Shown: positions 40,026 through 53,760 of the stretch, in pieces
How the letters are laid out: every line of letters begins with the position of its first letter
Position numbering within the stretch: the first letter of the stretch is position 1
NCBI GenBank assembly: GCA_015680685.1
Contig: MNCI01000606.1
Location: 51,134 to 115,133 of the forward strand
Length of the DNA stretch: 64,000 nucleotides
Reading direction: 5' to 3'
Source of the DNA: Gnetum montanum
Taxonomy: Eukaryota; Plantae; Gnetophyta
The notes under the pieces: model-generated
What the model was told of the DNA's origin: nothing
The model's input: only the letters and a program-made list of their open reading frames with translations
Databases searched by the model: none
Made by a program: the position numbers and the translations under genes

Positions 40026-40311
40026 GATTGATGCACAAAATTTTGACACACCAACACCCAAAAGAAAACTTTTTTGAGGAGACTATTGCCTAGGGTGCCT
40101 CTCATATGGGTACGAAAACCCAGGAATAGTCTTAGTTGGAGAGGGCTACATGGCATTTTGAAAATGAAAAACCAAACTTAAAAATTGGGGATTTGAATTA
40201 AGTGATTGTCTTGAATACAATAAGCAACTAAAAAATAAATTTTCCTTAGTCCCACTGATGCTACCAGTCCATCGCTATCGATGGTGTCCACTGCTGGGCA
40301 GGAAGATTGTG

Positions 40312-40343
<32 letters not shown>

Positions 40344-41997
40344 CAAACAGATAGATAGATAGACTACCACATGGAGGTGCTACATGTCTCTTCATCTCTA
40401 CCATGGCTATTGTTTTTGCCATGGGGAGAGAGAAAGGGAGATTCCTGCTGTCCACCACTTGCCTGTCATCTTTGGAAAAAGGAATGAACCTCTACCAGTG
40501 GGAGAAGAGGAGGCCCAATGTTGCCTACCTCTACCATGCACGCACACTACAGATGTGTTGTAGCAACTTGCCACCTTTTGTTTTTCCTACAGTAACCAAG
40601 AAGGGAGGAAAGAGGCAACCACAGTTGTTGTGGAGGATAGTCATAGTCTACCACATGCCCTAGTGTTGTTGACATGCTGATGTCTACCACAAAGAAGAAG
40701 GAAACCTCTAATTGTGGATTTCCTGCTACCTTCTACCACCACATGCATCATGTCTCACCTATAGGTAGAAGGGAGAGACAAACCTATGATGCACATGTTA
40801 TGCAGAGAGATTGTTGTTGCTCACGTGTCATCTACATGCATCCAAAAAAAGCATAACTATCATCCTAGCTAATCCTAGAATTTGATAATTTGGGAGTCCC
40901 CTAAGACTCACAGAAAGAGCCCCCTAGACTGATAAAAATAGCCCCCTTTATAGCTACTACGACCATCCCATAATGGCATCCACATTCTACCTATCATGCC
41001 ACATTCACCTATGGTTGTTACAACCACCACCACCTGCTACATAATCATTGTTACCACCATCATGACCGTTCACTACCAAAAACTGCCACCATGATTGCCA
41101 CCTCCAACACTATGTCATTAACATCCCTAAAATGAATGCACATAACACTGCTAAAAATTCCCACCATGAATACCTTTGTAACTCTTGTAACACCCAAGAG
41201 TTACAATTTGCAGGCCCATCATGAAAGTTTGATGGATATTGATGTGTTGTAAAAGTTTCCACAAGTCGGTGTTGGTTTTCACCTGCACAAATTTTGTTGT
41301 TAGTATCTATCAAAAAATACACATTCAAATTATATGGTTACAAGCCATGTCCCTACAGTCTCTTCACTGAGAAAAGCAATTTAAAGAAAACAAAATGCTC
41401 ATCCCACATTGGATACAGTCTAGAATCTGAACACAATTCAATGAGAAAGCAAGGATTCCTAGGCCAACATGGAATAGCGCAAGGATTCTATCCATAAATT
41501 AATTTTCATGGAGCATTCATATTCATAACTTGTTCTCTTTAATTGCAACTGCTTTTCTAGTTTATTGATTGTAGTTTGTAGCTACCTGTTTGGCCATATT
41601 TTTTTAGCATTATGTTAACCACTCTTTTAAAATCATCACATATATATAGCTATTGTTTTATCTTCTTAATATTCAAATACTTGATAGTTTCGGGGACCAA
41701 AAAATGGATACCCAACATTTTTCGCATTGGTGTGCATATATAATTTTACTGGGCATTTGTTTTCTACTTAAAGAAAAATGCAAGGTCACACATCACAATT
41801 TTGACTGTCAATGTAGTGGCGATGCTAGGAAAATATTTATCTTTATGAAGTTCTATTAATATTAAACGTGTACAACATCCATGTTCATATTACATTAGTA
41901 TGTCACTGTTGATGATATGATTTTTTTAAATTTTCATGGTATTCAAACATATCTAAACATGTTCCTGTGTCTAGCATGGTCAAGGTTGACATCAACA
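40026..41997 (-). repeat. 3' LTR of C (includes (GA)n at ~40317-40342)
   Basis: Collinear with 46856-48836; PPT-like tttgggggctaag at 41998-42010. Confidence 0.92.
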
Positions 41998-43369
41998 CTT
42001 AGCCCCCAAACTTTAATTGCATGCAAGTGCAAGGAGCAACAAAAAACCACAAAATTTTGAAAGGATATCCAACAGATTAAAATCCACAAACATCAAAAAA
42101 TAGGCAAATAAAAACTTAAAAGTAAACTGTATCGATCTAAACATGATTAAAATAACCATATAATCAAAAGAGAACTAAATGTAGGCCACCCTTACCACAC
42201 CATCTTATGTAATCAAATTCTAAATATATAATTATATTATTTTAACTAAATATATCTATATATATAATTAAAATATATAGCTAAGATCTCACTCCTAATC
42301 TTCTCACAAGGTAAAAGTCAAAAGCATGTGAATTACTTTTGAGCACAATACCCATACTAAACTTAATGAGGAGGATAGGCTCACGTTAGATCATGGCTAG
42401 CCATAACTTTTAGATTTTTCCTTGGGATTCTCTCTCTTTTTTTTCTGACATTAAGCAAGGGGATGGATGAAAAAGGATTGTTTGCTTCTATCTTTTTTCT
42501 TTTTTCTTTTTCTTGAATAGGGGGATTACTGCCAAACCCCATCACACTCAAGAACTTATTACACTACCAAAGAACATGGTCCTTATTCTTTTTTTCTCTT
42601 TTTTCTAGGAAACTTTGCTTATGGTGTACTTCATTCTAAAGGTAGGAATTCCAACACAAGTCTAGCTGATTAGCTGCACTACCAAAGAACACGATCCTTT
42701 TGGAACTTTGCTGTTAGTGTAGTTCAACCATGTATGTGCCTTTAATTACAATTTGATAGCATCATAGTAGGTCTCCTAGGTGGCTAAGGGATCTCAAGTG
42801 GAGATCAACACACTTCATCCCATTATTCACAAGGTAGTCATGGATCATCACACTTGAGGGCTAGGACTTATGAGAGGCAAAAAGGGATTTTCCAAGGTCA
42901 CCTACTAATTATGGCTAACCATTCAACAACATCACCTATCCTACACTCACATGATCATGATGATTACATGATAAGTTAGCACAAATCTCATGCTCCATAA
43001 TTCAACATAACTAGTAAAACTAAAACCTTGAAAAAGACTAGAAAGAATGAAAGCATTATTAGAATATATAGTATAAAAGAGATTTTATGTAATAGTAATA
43101 AGAAATATTATATGAAGCATTATACTAACATTATTTTCCAATGGTGCTCTGATGACCCAACGCGTAGTAACTCAAAAGACCATAATGATTATTAAAATCA
43201 TATGAAAAGAAAAATCAAAACAATATGCTAAGAAATAAATGATGTAAATGCAAAGAAAATATGCAAATGCAAATATATACAAATGAAATGCATGGCAAAG
43301 AGGAAGAAAGCATGCAACTAAGACTCTACCAGGTGTCCACATGGGGCACTTAAGTAGAAATGCTTCATA

Positions 43370-43720
43370 TGAAATACATTAAAATTCCTATGTAGCCTAT
43401 GTCCTTACACATCAGTAATTTTATAAACATTGGGTCCAATGACATCTTTAATTTGAAATGGGCTTAACCACATAGGAGAGAAATTACCTTGAATATTTTC
43501 TCAATCAAATGTTCTACCTCTTTCCAAGACTAGGTCTCCTATCTTAAAGACTTCACCAACATGTTTCTTGTCAAGCCATTGTTTAACAATTTGTCAATGC
43601 TTAAGATTATGAAAATCAAGATCTAATCGTAATTTTCTTGTTCATTTTCTATCAAGCACTAAATTTAAAAATTTCATAAGATGAATAATTCTACACACTA
43701 GAAGTTCATCAAGTTTTCCT
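43370..43720 (-). pseudogene. Integrase C-terminal (GPY/F) remnant of C
   Basis: KQWLDKKH..FKIGDLVL..FSPMWLSPFQI. Confidence 0.7.
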
Positions 43721-43721
43721 T

Positions 43722-46130
43722 TCATATAAGTTCCAACCTTAGGTCTAACAGGTTTAGGTCTTTGTGAGTCATCGAATATGGCCTTTCTATGGATGTGTCG
43801 TTAAAATTTAGCACACCTTCAAATGTTTTAAGAGGTAGGGTCTTATTTATATCTTTCTCTTTCCCTAAAGGTGGTGGATCAGTCAAATGAAATCCATTTT
43901 GTTGTTGATAAGGCAAGGTATCTCCATAGCTTTCTTCACCTTCTCTAGAACTTTGATAGGATTGGGTGGAATCTATATGAGAGACAAGATTTATTTTTGT
44001 AGTTCCACCCACATGGCCATTTATAACATGTTCAGTGCACTCAACCTCAATAACCCTAACATAAAAATTAGTGTTTTGATCTTCCAAAGATTGATTTTGT
44101 TGATCCAAGGTTGTAACTACTTGTTTGTAGAAAGGCTCTCTTGGCATGATCATGTATTCAGATTTTCCTTTGATAGGGATTAATAGTTCAGAGAAATATA
44201 ACCTAAAGAAGCCCCCAAACTTAGCTTCAAAAGTCCTAGATAAGAGCACACCATAAGTGGATGACATGTCAACTATTAAGATGTCCGTGTAACATGCAAA
44301 TATAGGTCATTGTTTTAGTTGTACTTTCACTCTTTTTAATGATCCTACAATAGGTATGTTAGACCCATCAAGTTGAATTACACTTTTCATTTGTGGTATC
44401 ATTTTTTCTCCTAAGGTTTTACATATCTCAAGAGGCATGACACTAACAATTGATCCAAAATCCATCAAACAATTATGGACATTTTTCCCTAAAATGATCA
44501 AGGTTGTTAGGAAATGGGGTTGATCTTTCTTGCTTGACATGGAATTATTTGCATTCTATACTAATAATGTGTTAGAAGTTTCTATGAAGTGAACTTTCCT
44601 TTTGGGGATTGGGGATTTTTCTTTTCTAGTTTCAGGTATATGAAGTACATCCTGAATCACCTCTTTCATTTCATTAAAGTGTAAAAGGTCATACATTGAA
44701 ATGTTAGCTTTGATTTTTTTCAAATCCTTAACTAGGTCATAAGTCTTGTGTTCATCTTTAGCTTCTTGTTCAGGCGGAGCTCTTATAAGTATAGAAGGTG
44801 GATTTGGTTGTTGTGGGGTGTTTGTTTGGGATGACCCAATTTGAGTATTTGTGTTACTTTGACTAACTGCTCTTCTGTTTGGAGGAGTGTAAGGGTCATT
44901 CCTAGTTTGTTTTTGTATGTTATTCATGATGTCACTAAGTCTACGGTAGCAAGTATTATGTGGATTGGGGTCACTTACCATAACTTGTTCAAATGAAGGC
45001 ACTTCCTCATTCTCAATTTCATGGGGTACATTAAGGACCATAATAGGGGGTTTCTCATTTTTTTGACCTTGAGTATAATCACCATATAATGCCAAGAATT
45101 GAGGAAAAGTCCTCTCAAAATGTTGCCTTATGTTATGGAGGCAACAATAATCATCATTGGCTAATGAACTTGGCTTTTCTAGTTGTATAGGATCCTTGTT
45201 GTTATTCTGCTTTAGTTTAACTACTTCATTGGAAAGTTTTTGAAGTGCAGTTAATATCTAGATCATTTGATTTTGAGTTTGAGTTGGGGGTTCAACAAGG
45301 TTGGATATCCCATTTGGGTTTATGATTGATTGGATTAACACCTTCGATTTGTTGTCATTCAAACCAATGTTAGATGGTAGGAACAAAGAAGATGTGGGAC
45401 CTTGAAAGTAGCTATTTGTACGTTGAGTCATTTGAAGAGGAACAAGAATTTGAAATATAGTATTGACCATCAGGAAGGTTGGTAGAGGTAGAGAGTTAGA
45501 TTGCATGGGATTACTAATGCTCATCATTTTAAATTGAGTTTGAATGCTATTCATAAGGGTGATTTGTTCTAACTCCACAGCTTTAGCCATTACTCCTTGT
45601 GTTTTTGTTATGTTTGAATCAGATTTAATGGCATAGGCAAAGACTGGGTTAATGGTAGATAGGTAAAAGTTGAGGATGCCATTGGGTTGTGGACATATCT
45701 CGCTTGGCACATAGGCTAGCTAGTGAAGGAATCTTAGGTTGTAATCTAGGACATTTTCCCCAGGTAGCTTTCTTAAGCTTGTGAAGTTACTTGATGCGAT
45801 TGTAGGGCTTGTGAATTTGTTAAATTGAATTAAGAACTTATCTTTGAACTCCTGCCATGAGTTAATGGAGGCATTGAGAAGCATCAAAAATGATTAGGTG
45901 GCCTTACTCCTGAAAGTTATCACAAATACCCTGCATGCCACATCATTTTGAACAATGTTATACATCCCTAGTAAGGTTTTGAAACATTGTACGTGTTGGC
46001 AAGCATCACTAGTAAGGTTTGTGGGGTCGTAGAACAATTTTATGTTCTAGAGTAATTTTGGGATATCGTGGTAGTTAGTAAAGTTAAAGGGGTTGCTAAC
46101 CAATGGAACCAGGGGTTGATTACCTAACAT
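43722..46130 (-). pseudogene. gag-protease of C
   Basis: DVACRVFVITFRSKA..SINSWQEFKDKF gag; KIKANISMYDLL linker; NCLMDFGSIVSVMP protease (44307-44540); YGVLLSR. Confidence 0.87.
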
Positions 46131-46830
46131 CCTAGTCTAGGTTCTCCTAGGAATAAAACTTGGGAAACATGAAGCTCTTTATTTCCTTAATGTAAAGTGA
46201 CGTGTAGTTGGTTGGCTAACAAAAATTATTGAAAATAAATGTCAAAATAAAACTATAAAATTTCATGAAAGGAAAGAGATATTGCAATAAATATATATAT
46301 ATATATAATTAATAAAAACACTAAAATATGCTATTTAAAAAAATTTGAAAGAAAAACATAAATGTATAAAATTGTAATACTTATAAAATTAAAAAGGCCA
46401 ATAGTAAAATACAAAATTTCAGAAAAATAAATTTAAAATTACATAATTAAATAAAACCACCTTACCTATCCTAGGACTAAGGTAAGGACCACCAAAACAC
46501 AAATTCAAAAATGGGACTAAGAAATGAGAGTTTTTTTTAAAAAAAAAAAAAGATTAAAGAAAAATGGGTGATGAAACCCGAAAGTTTTCAAGAAATGAAA
46601 TTTTGAGAATAAGAAATAAAAGGCTCAAAAATTCGTTAAAAAAAATTTCAAGACAATGGCTAAAAATAGAAATTTTAAATAAAACAAGTTTGAAACAAAG
46701 AAAATGAAATTTTCAAGAAATATAAATAGAATATGGACTAGAAAGGGATAGAAAATAGATATTTTATAAAATGGGATAGCAACAGCTAGAAAAATGGCAA
46801 GAAAAAATAATAAACAAAAGGTGGGAGAAA

Positions 46831-46849
46831 GACCCTCCTCCTAGCGCCA
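46831..46849 (-). other. PBS complementary to the tRNA-Asn 3' end
   Basis: Plus strand gaccctcctcctagcgcca matches, as recalled, the plant tRNA-Asn 3' end (GACCCUCCUUCUAGCGCCA) with one mismatch; 6 nt from the LTR. Confidence 0.75.
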
Positions 46850-46855
46850 AAAATA

Positions 46856-48836
46856 TGTTGATGCATAAAATTTGGATGCACCAACACCGAGAAAAAAAAA
46901 TCATTTGAGGAGACTATTAACTAGGGTGCCTCTTGTATGAATACGGAAACTCGAGAATAGTCTAAACTGGAGAGGGCTACGTGGCTTTTTGAAAATGAAA
47001 AACTAAATTAAAAAATTAAGGATTTAAATTAAATGATTATCTGGAATACAATAAGTAACTAAGAAAATAAATTTTTCCTAGTGCTACTAATGCTGCTGGT
47101 CCGTCGCTGCCTATGGTATCCACTATCAGGTAGGAAAACCATGACTACCATGAGAGAGAGTCAGAGAGAGAGAGAGACTACTATAGAGAGGTGCTACTTA
47201 TCTCTTGGTCTCTCCCATAGCAATTGCTGCTGCCATGGGGAGAGAGAGAGGGAGATCCCTGCTATCTACCACTTACCTATCATTTTCAGAAAAAGGAATG
47301 AACTACTACAGGCAGGAGAAGAGGAGGCCCAATGTCACCAACCCCTATTGTGCACACATGCTATAAACGTGTAGCAGCAACTTGCTACTTCTTCGTTCAC
47401 TTTCAGTAGTCAAGGAGAAAGGAAAGAGGCCACTATAGTTTCTATGGAGGAGAGTCATAGTCTGCCACACACCCTGCTACTGTTGATGCATCATTGTCTG
47501 CCACAAAGAAAAAGGAAACCACTGATTACGGATTTCCTACTACCTTTTGCCACCGCGTGCACCATGTGTCACCTATAAGTAGAAGGGAGAGAAAAGCCTC
47601 TAATGCACGCACTATGCAAAGCTACTGCTACTACTCACATGTCATTTACATGCACCCAAAAAAAAACATAACTATCCTCCTAGCTAATTCCAAGATTTGA
47701 TAATTTGGGAGCACCCCAGGACTGATAGAAAGAGCCCCATAGACTAATAGAAAGAGCCCCCTTTATAGCTGTTGCGGCCATCCCATAATGGCATCCACGT
47801 TTTTCCTATCATGCCACATTCACCTATGGCCATTACATCCACCACCACCCACTACATAATCGTTGTTACCACCATCATAATCGTTGTTACCACCATCATG
47901 ACCGTTCACTGCCAGAAACTGCTACCATGATTGCCACCTCCACCATTATGCTATTAACATTCCTACAATGAATGCATGTAACATTCCTGAAAATGCCCGT
48001 CATGAATGCCTTTGTAACTCTTGTAACACCCAAGAGTTACAACCTACAAGCCCATCACAAAAGTTTGATGGATATTGATGTGTTGTAGAAGTTTCCACAA
48101 GTCAATGTTGGTCTTCACTTGCACAAATTTTGTGGTTAGTATCTATCAAAAACATACACATTCAAATTATATGGTCACAAGCCATGTCTCTACAGTCTCT
48201 TCACTAAGACAAGAAATTGAAAGGAAACAAAATTATCATCCCACATTAGATATAGTCTAGACTCTGGACATAGTTTAATGAGAAAGCAAGGATTCCTGGG
48301 CCAACATGGAATAGCATAAGGATTTCATCCATAAATTAATTTTCATGGAGCATCCATATTCACAAATTTTTCTCTTTAATTGCAACTTCTTTTCTAGTTT
48401 AGTGATTGTAGTTTGTAGCTACCTGTCTAGTTGTATTCCTTTATCATTATGTTAACCACTCTTTCAAAACCATCACATATATATAGTTGCTATTTTATCT
48501 TCTAAATATTTAGATACTTGATAATTTAGGGAACCAAAAAATGGATACCCATGTTTGTCACATTGGTGTGAGTATACAATTTTGGTGGGCATTTGTTTTT
48601 TGCTTGAAGAAAAATGCAAGGTCATGCACCACAATTTTGACTATCAATGCAATGGTGATGCCAGGACAATATTTGTCTTTGTGATGTTCCATTAATATTA
48701 AATGTGTACAAAGTCCATGTTCATATTATGTTAGTATGTCACTATTGATGAATATGAATTTTTTTTTAGTTTTCATGGTATTCAAACATATTTAAACATG
48801 GCCCCATGCCTAGCATGGGTGAGGTTGACATCAACA
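46856..48836 (-). repeat. 5' LTR of C
   Basis: TGTTGATG...CATCAACA inverted termini. Confidence 0.93.
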
Positions 48837-49460
48837 CAACTTCATCTTAATTTTGAGTGAAGCTTCATCCCCAAAGGACCCTTTTTTATTAGAAAGAGTC
48901 TTCAGATGATGATGACAAGTGTTCCAGTAGCACCAATGCCAACACTAGTAGTGATGATGATGAGGAGCATACTTATCATCCATCCAAAGCAGTAGTTGAT
49001 TCTAAGTTTGATGATGTAATCAAGGTTAGTGATTAGGATCCTTTGGAGATCTCTCTCTCTCTCTCTCCTTTTTGTTGACATCCAAAAAAGGTGGGAAATT
49101 TTGGAGATGTTCACATATGTGATATTCTTGGATTTTCACATATGTGATTTTTGTATATGACGTGGTCATTGTATGAAAAATTGTATGGATAGTTGAGGAT
49201 GGTTTATGATATAGATTGATGGTGCTTATTTCGGTTATATTTGTGTGGTGCATTTCTTAGAGACAGGTTTTTACTTTTGCATCATATCATATTCAATTTT
49301 ATCATCCTTCCTTACACCTTAAACCCTAGAGCCTCTATCCTAGTCCTTGACTGCCATTGGAATTTATAAGTCTTAACACTTTAATTTTATCTTTAGTATT
49401 TATTGGTTTATCATCTCACCCATTTTCTTAAGTTTTGGACATCACCAAAAAGGAGGAGAT

Positions 49461-50589
49461 TGTTGACCTTTTGGTATGTTAAAACCTTAAGAAAATTGGA
49501 GAATATAGAATGTTGTGGGTATGATGTTTTGGTAGGCATTAATGAAGACTTAAGAAATGAAAGAGTTTTCATAGTGGAAATAACAAGTACTCAAGGAGAA
49601 CAAGATGAAGATGAAGACTATAGCAAAATGAAGAAGTTTCTTAGATCAAGGATGAGCCAAATCAATGAAAGAAAGCCTCAGAAAGCAAAACCCAAAAGTT
49701 GAGAAGACATCTCCTTGATGAAGAAAACATCTTGGCTGAAATGAAGGATGCCCAAAAGATGACGTCTTTCAAAACTAGTAGAAGTCTCCTATTTGGAAAA
49801 GATGTCTTCATGAAAACATCTCCTCATAGACATCTCCTTTGATGAAGAGACTTCTCCCCTAAATTGGAGTCTATGTAGTGAGATGTCTCAATCTTGAAGA
49901 AGATTTCTCTCCTAGTTGTTAAATAGTTGTTGCATAAATTCCGAGGTGATTTCAGAAACATAAAGGCTATAGGAAGACTTGATTCTCTTGGAGAAAATGC
50001 AAGTTTTTGTGTGCAAGCAAGTGTCAACATCAAGCAATCATTATGAAAATTATTCTTTTATATTTATGTATTTGATTGTACCATCTTTTGTATTGTAGTG
50101 ATTTTGTACTATACCTCAAAGTACAAAGACTAGTAAGTCAGGTGCATCCTTTTCTTGTAATTTTTGTTTCTCTTTCTTGTTGCCCCCCTTGGGTTTATGT
50201 GCTTCTTGTGAGAAGACATTGTCTTAAGCTTGTCAAGATCCTACAAGATTGAGTGGTTGGTGTAGTGTCATAACATTTTAGATCAGAGCTCAAGTTGTAA
50301 AGATTGTGGGATCCTAGAAACTACATTCTAAACATGACAGGACCTTGCAAGGTTGAGTGGATATGCGGTGCCAAATCACTCCAAAGAAGAGATTAGAGTT
50401 GTATAGGGTGTGGTACCCTTTAAATCATATTTTAAGATAAACAAAGTCTTGAGGTGTGCAAGTGAACTTCCCTCTAAGTGTGGAGTATCCAAGTTGGGGA
50501 ATCACATAAAATTGATGTGTTCTTTATGTTGAAAAATCTTGGATTCGGGGAACTTATTCATCCCCCCCTTCTAAGTTCTACAATCCTCA
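49461..50589 (+). repeat. 3' LTR of B
   Basis: TGTTGACC...ATCCTCA; homologous to the reverse complement of the A LTRs but more divergent. Confidence 0.88.
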
Positions 50590-51244
50590 AGGTGCTTATC
50601 AAGATTGAAATTGATACAAAGGGTTTGTTTTAAAAAAAATGTTTAAATTGATGTTTTATGAAAACATTTAAATCGATCTTTTCAAATAAACATTAACATG
50701 GTAGAGCAGTTCAAGAAAGCACATCTAGAATAGAAAAGTTGTTCTACAAGGTGATTCTATTTAGCACTTTTCATCTCAAGCTAAAGTGGTAGAGCAAATT
50801 CTCATTCCTCTTATAATAGTTTGATTCTATTTAGCATTACCTTTCTTAGCTCATGTGTTAGAGCTATTTTCATCATTGAAAATGATTCTACATATTGATC
50901 CTTTTTGTTGAGCTAGAATAAAAACCTTTTACACACATGCCTTAAAGATTTTTTTAAAAAAACTTAGTTGCATAGAGTTCTACTACCAAGAGCTTATGTG
51001 GTAGAGCTAATTTAACAAGCCCTTCATAAAGTGAGAAAGTGGATCTACAAACTAATCTTATTCTACGCTTTGCTTTCCTGGGCTAACATGGTAGAATTGA
51101 TTTTTGTTACTTTTGTAGAATAAAAAACTAGTTCTACAAGATGACTCTACAAGTTGATCTTGAAAAAAATTTTAAGCAGATGCATTTTGAATGAGTAGCT
51201 AACATGAGAGAGCTAAATTGATTGCATCCTTCATAGACCAAAGC
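50590..51244 (+). repeat. Right copy of the direct duplication flanking B
   Basis: Aligns with 35700-36370. Confidence 0.88.
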
Positions 51245-52639
51245 TTTGCTCTTCTAGTTAGTTTTTTTTTTTTTTTTGTGCTTTTCGGTTGAGCTAACAT
51301 GGTAGAACTAAACGAGCTTTTATTTGTAGATTCAAAATGAGCCTCTACAAGCTAAGTTGGATTAAAAAATCTAAAAGCGCATGTGCTCTAAATGTTATTT
51401 AAGCATAGCCCCACTCAAGCCTATTTGTGAACTACTTACATGGTAGAGCTTTTTTCAAACTCTTTGTAAAATTGAAAATGGTTCTGCAAGTTGGATTCTA
51501 TATGCTAAGCTAGATTTAAAAAAGCTATAATGAACATGCTATTATTTGAGCATGGTTCCCCTAAAGTAAAAAAATTCAAAACAAGCTATCTATGCAAAGC
51601 TAAGAATAAGAGTTGAGCAAGTAGAGAAATACCCAACTGTAGAAGGTGCTAAGTTGTTAGAGCAGATCAGGCTAAGTAGAGCAAGCAACACAATTCTAAA
51701 TGTCAACTCTATATGTTAACATGATGCATATGTTTGAAAAAGAAATAACTTGGTTCTTACAAAGAGTCTGCTACTTAACAGCTTTTATCTAAATGATAAT
51801 TTTTCATCTAGATGAAAAAGCACTTAGCTATTATTTCTTGTTTGAGTTGTTTAATGAGTCTACGAGTGCTTATGAATGCAAAGCTTCATCTAGAGACAAA
51901 GCTTTCATCTAGATGTAAATTTTGACTTCTGCTAGATGCTAACATGACATTAAAAAAATGCTTTTACTACAAAGATCAAGAACTCAAATTTGCAAAATGA
52001 AAGAGCCCTTGCAAGAAGTAATAATACACCAAGCTCAAAACACTCAACACACAAAAAGTTCAATGTACATTCCATTACTACTTTAAAAATTTAAACAAAA
52101 ATTTCCTAATTATCTTTAAAGATAACTTGCTTATATTTTTATCTAGTTATGCATTTCAAGTTTTCAAGACAGCAAGATATTGAAACTCTATATCCAAAAA
52201 GCATATGGAAAATAAATGTGGGAGGTGTGCTAACCAAATTCACCCATACATAGTACCACCATCTTTGTGTGATTTAGTTCTCTTTCTCTACAAATGTGAT
52301 ATGTGATATTTTAGACAAAGAGAGCTATGACTATGGCTCTTTCACCCATCTTCTTGTTAGATGTGATAAAGAGCTACTGTTGTGGCTCTTTGTTATATAT
52401 TGATATGGCTTTAGATAAAAGTAAATGGCTATAGAGAATCATTATTATATCAAAGCACATTGGGATTATAGTAAGATGCAAATATTTTCTACATTAGTTT
52501 AACTAAATTTTGTATGCTAAAGACATAGTTGCAAAAAATGCAGAGAATGTTTTGGATTGGGACTATTTCACATTTTTCATTTCAATAATGAAACCCATTT
52601 CAAAATGTCATTGCTTCTAGTGTTTAGGTTCTAAAGTTT

Positions 52640-53760
52640 TCTCATTATCATTATTATATCCTTTTCCTAACAAACTAGGGTGGGCTAAAGCTTTTTTTAT
52701 TTGTAGTTCCTTCAAATCATCTTCAATCATTTTTTTCATGTCTTCTTTAGTCTTTTTTTCGATGGCTTTCTTGGAACATTAATGTAGCAACCTTTGTTTA
52801 TAGGCTCATTGTTGGATCTTATTTTCATATAACTAAACCATCTAAGATGACATTCTTGTAGCTTATCTAAAATAGAAATGACTCCAAGTCTTCCTCTTAT
52901 GTCTATATTATGTAGTTTATCTCTTCTAGTAATATTCGACATCCATCAAAGCATTCACATTTCTACCACACTGATTTTTTGTTCATGCCTTTTTTATACT
53001 TCCCAACCTTCATTTCCATATAAGATAGTAGGCCTAATTGTTGTCCTATAAAATTTATTTTTTAATTTTATTGGTATTATTTTATAATGCAAAACACCAC
53101 TATCCTATCTTCATTTTGACCATCTTACCTTAATACTATTTCTTATCTGTTTTATCAATTTGACCATCTGATTAAAGGATTGTAGTGAGGGATTTTTTCA
53201 ACCTTAAATTATCATTTTTATTTTACCGCTATTTATGCTATTATTAAAATTGAATTCTATATATTTTATCTTACTTTTGCTAATTTTTAAACTTTTTGAT
53301 TCTAGAGCAACTTCTTCATTTTAGTAGCAATATTTTCTTAAGTTATATCTACCAAGATAATATCATCTATAAATAGTATACACCAAGGGATTTCATCTTG
53401 TATTTCCTTTGTTAATCCATCTATAATAATGGCAAATAAGTATGAACTAAGTGTAGATCCTTCATGTAGACCTTCTATGACTAGAAGATCACAAGTTATT
53501 TCATAACTTGTTCTACTTTTAGTGATAGCTCCTTCACACGTCTTAAATCACTTTAATATATTTATCAGGGATGTTTTTCCTCCATAAGGCCCACCAAATA
53601 ATATTTCTAAGCACTCTATCATATACTTTTTCCAAGTTAATGAAGACCATATATAGATTTTTTCCCTATATTTTATAATTTTTTCCATTAACTCTTGTAT
53701 ATAAAAAATAGCCATTATAGTAGATCTTCCTAAAATAAATCTAAATTGATTTATAATTTC
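52640..53760 (-). mobile_element. 5'-truncated, decayed RTE-clade LINE
   Basis: FILGRSTIMAIF, GLHEGSTLSSYLF, WCILFIDDIIL (FADD motif), IRPTILYG, LRWF; (TGA/TAA)n tail at ~52641-52660. Confidence 0.9.

Larger units (their letters stand above)
40026..48836 (-). mobile_element. Element C: internally deleted Gypsy (Tat-like) element with ~2 kb LTRs
   Basis: LTRs 40026-41997 and 46856-48836, tRNA-Asn PBS, gag + protease + INT tail only. Confidence 0.9.
36371..50589 (+). mobile_element. Element B: second pol-less SIRE-like Copia copy; 5' LTR and PBS missing; interrupted by element C
   Basis: gag, spacer and ORF2 collinear with element A; PPT aaaaaggaggagat at 49447-49460; LTR 49461-50589. Confidence 0.87.

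Noticed and set aside
40261-41859. Short ORFs in C's LTRs (and other 60-120 aa ORFs in LTR/UTR DNA) as genes
   Set aside because: Frames and stops differ between the two LTR copies and there are no recognisable domains.
46831-46849. tRNA gene
   Set aside because: Only the 3' 19 nt including CCA, adjacent to an LTR; this is a PBS.
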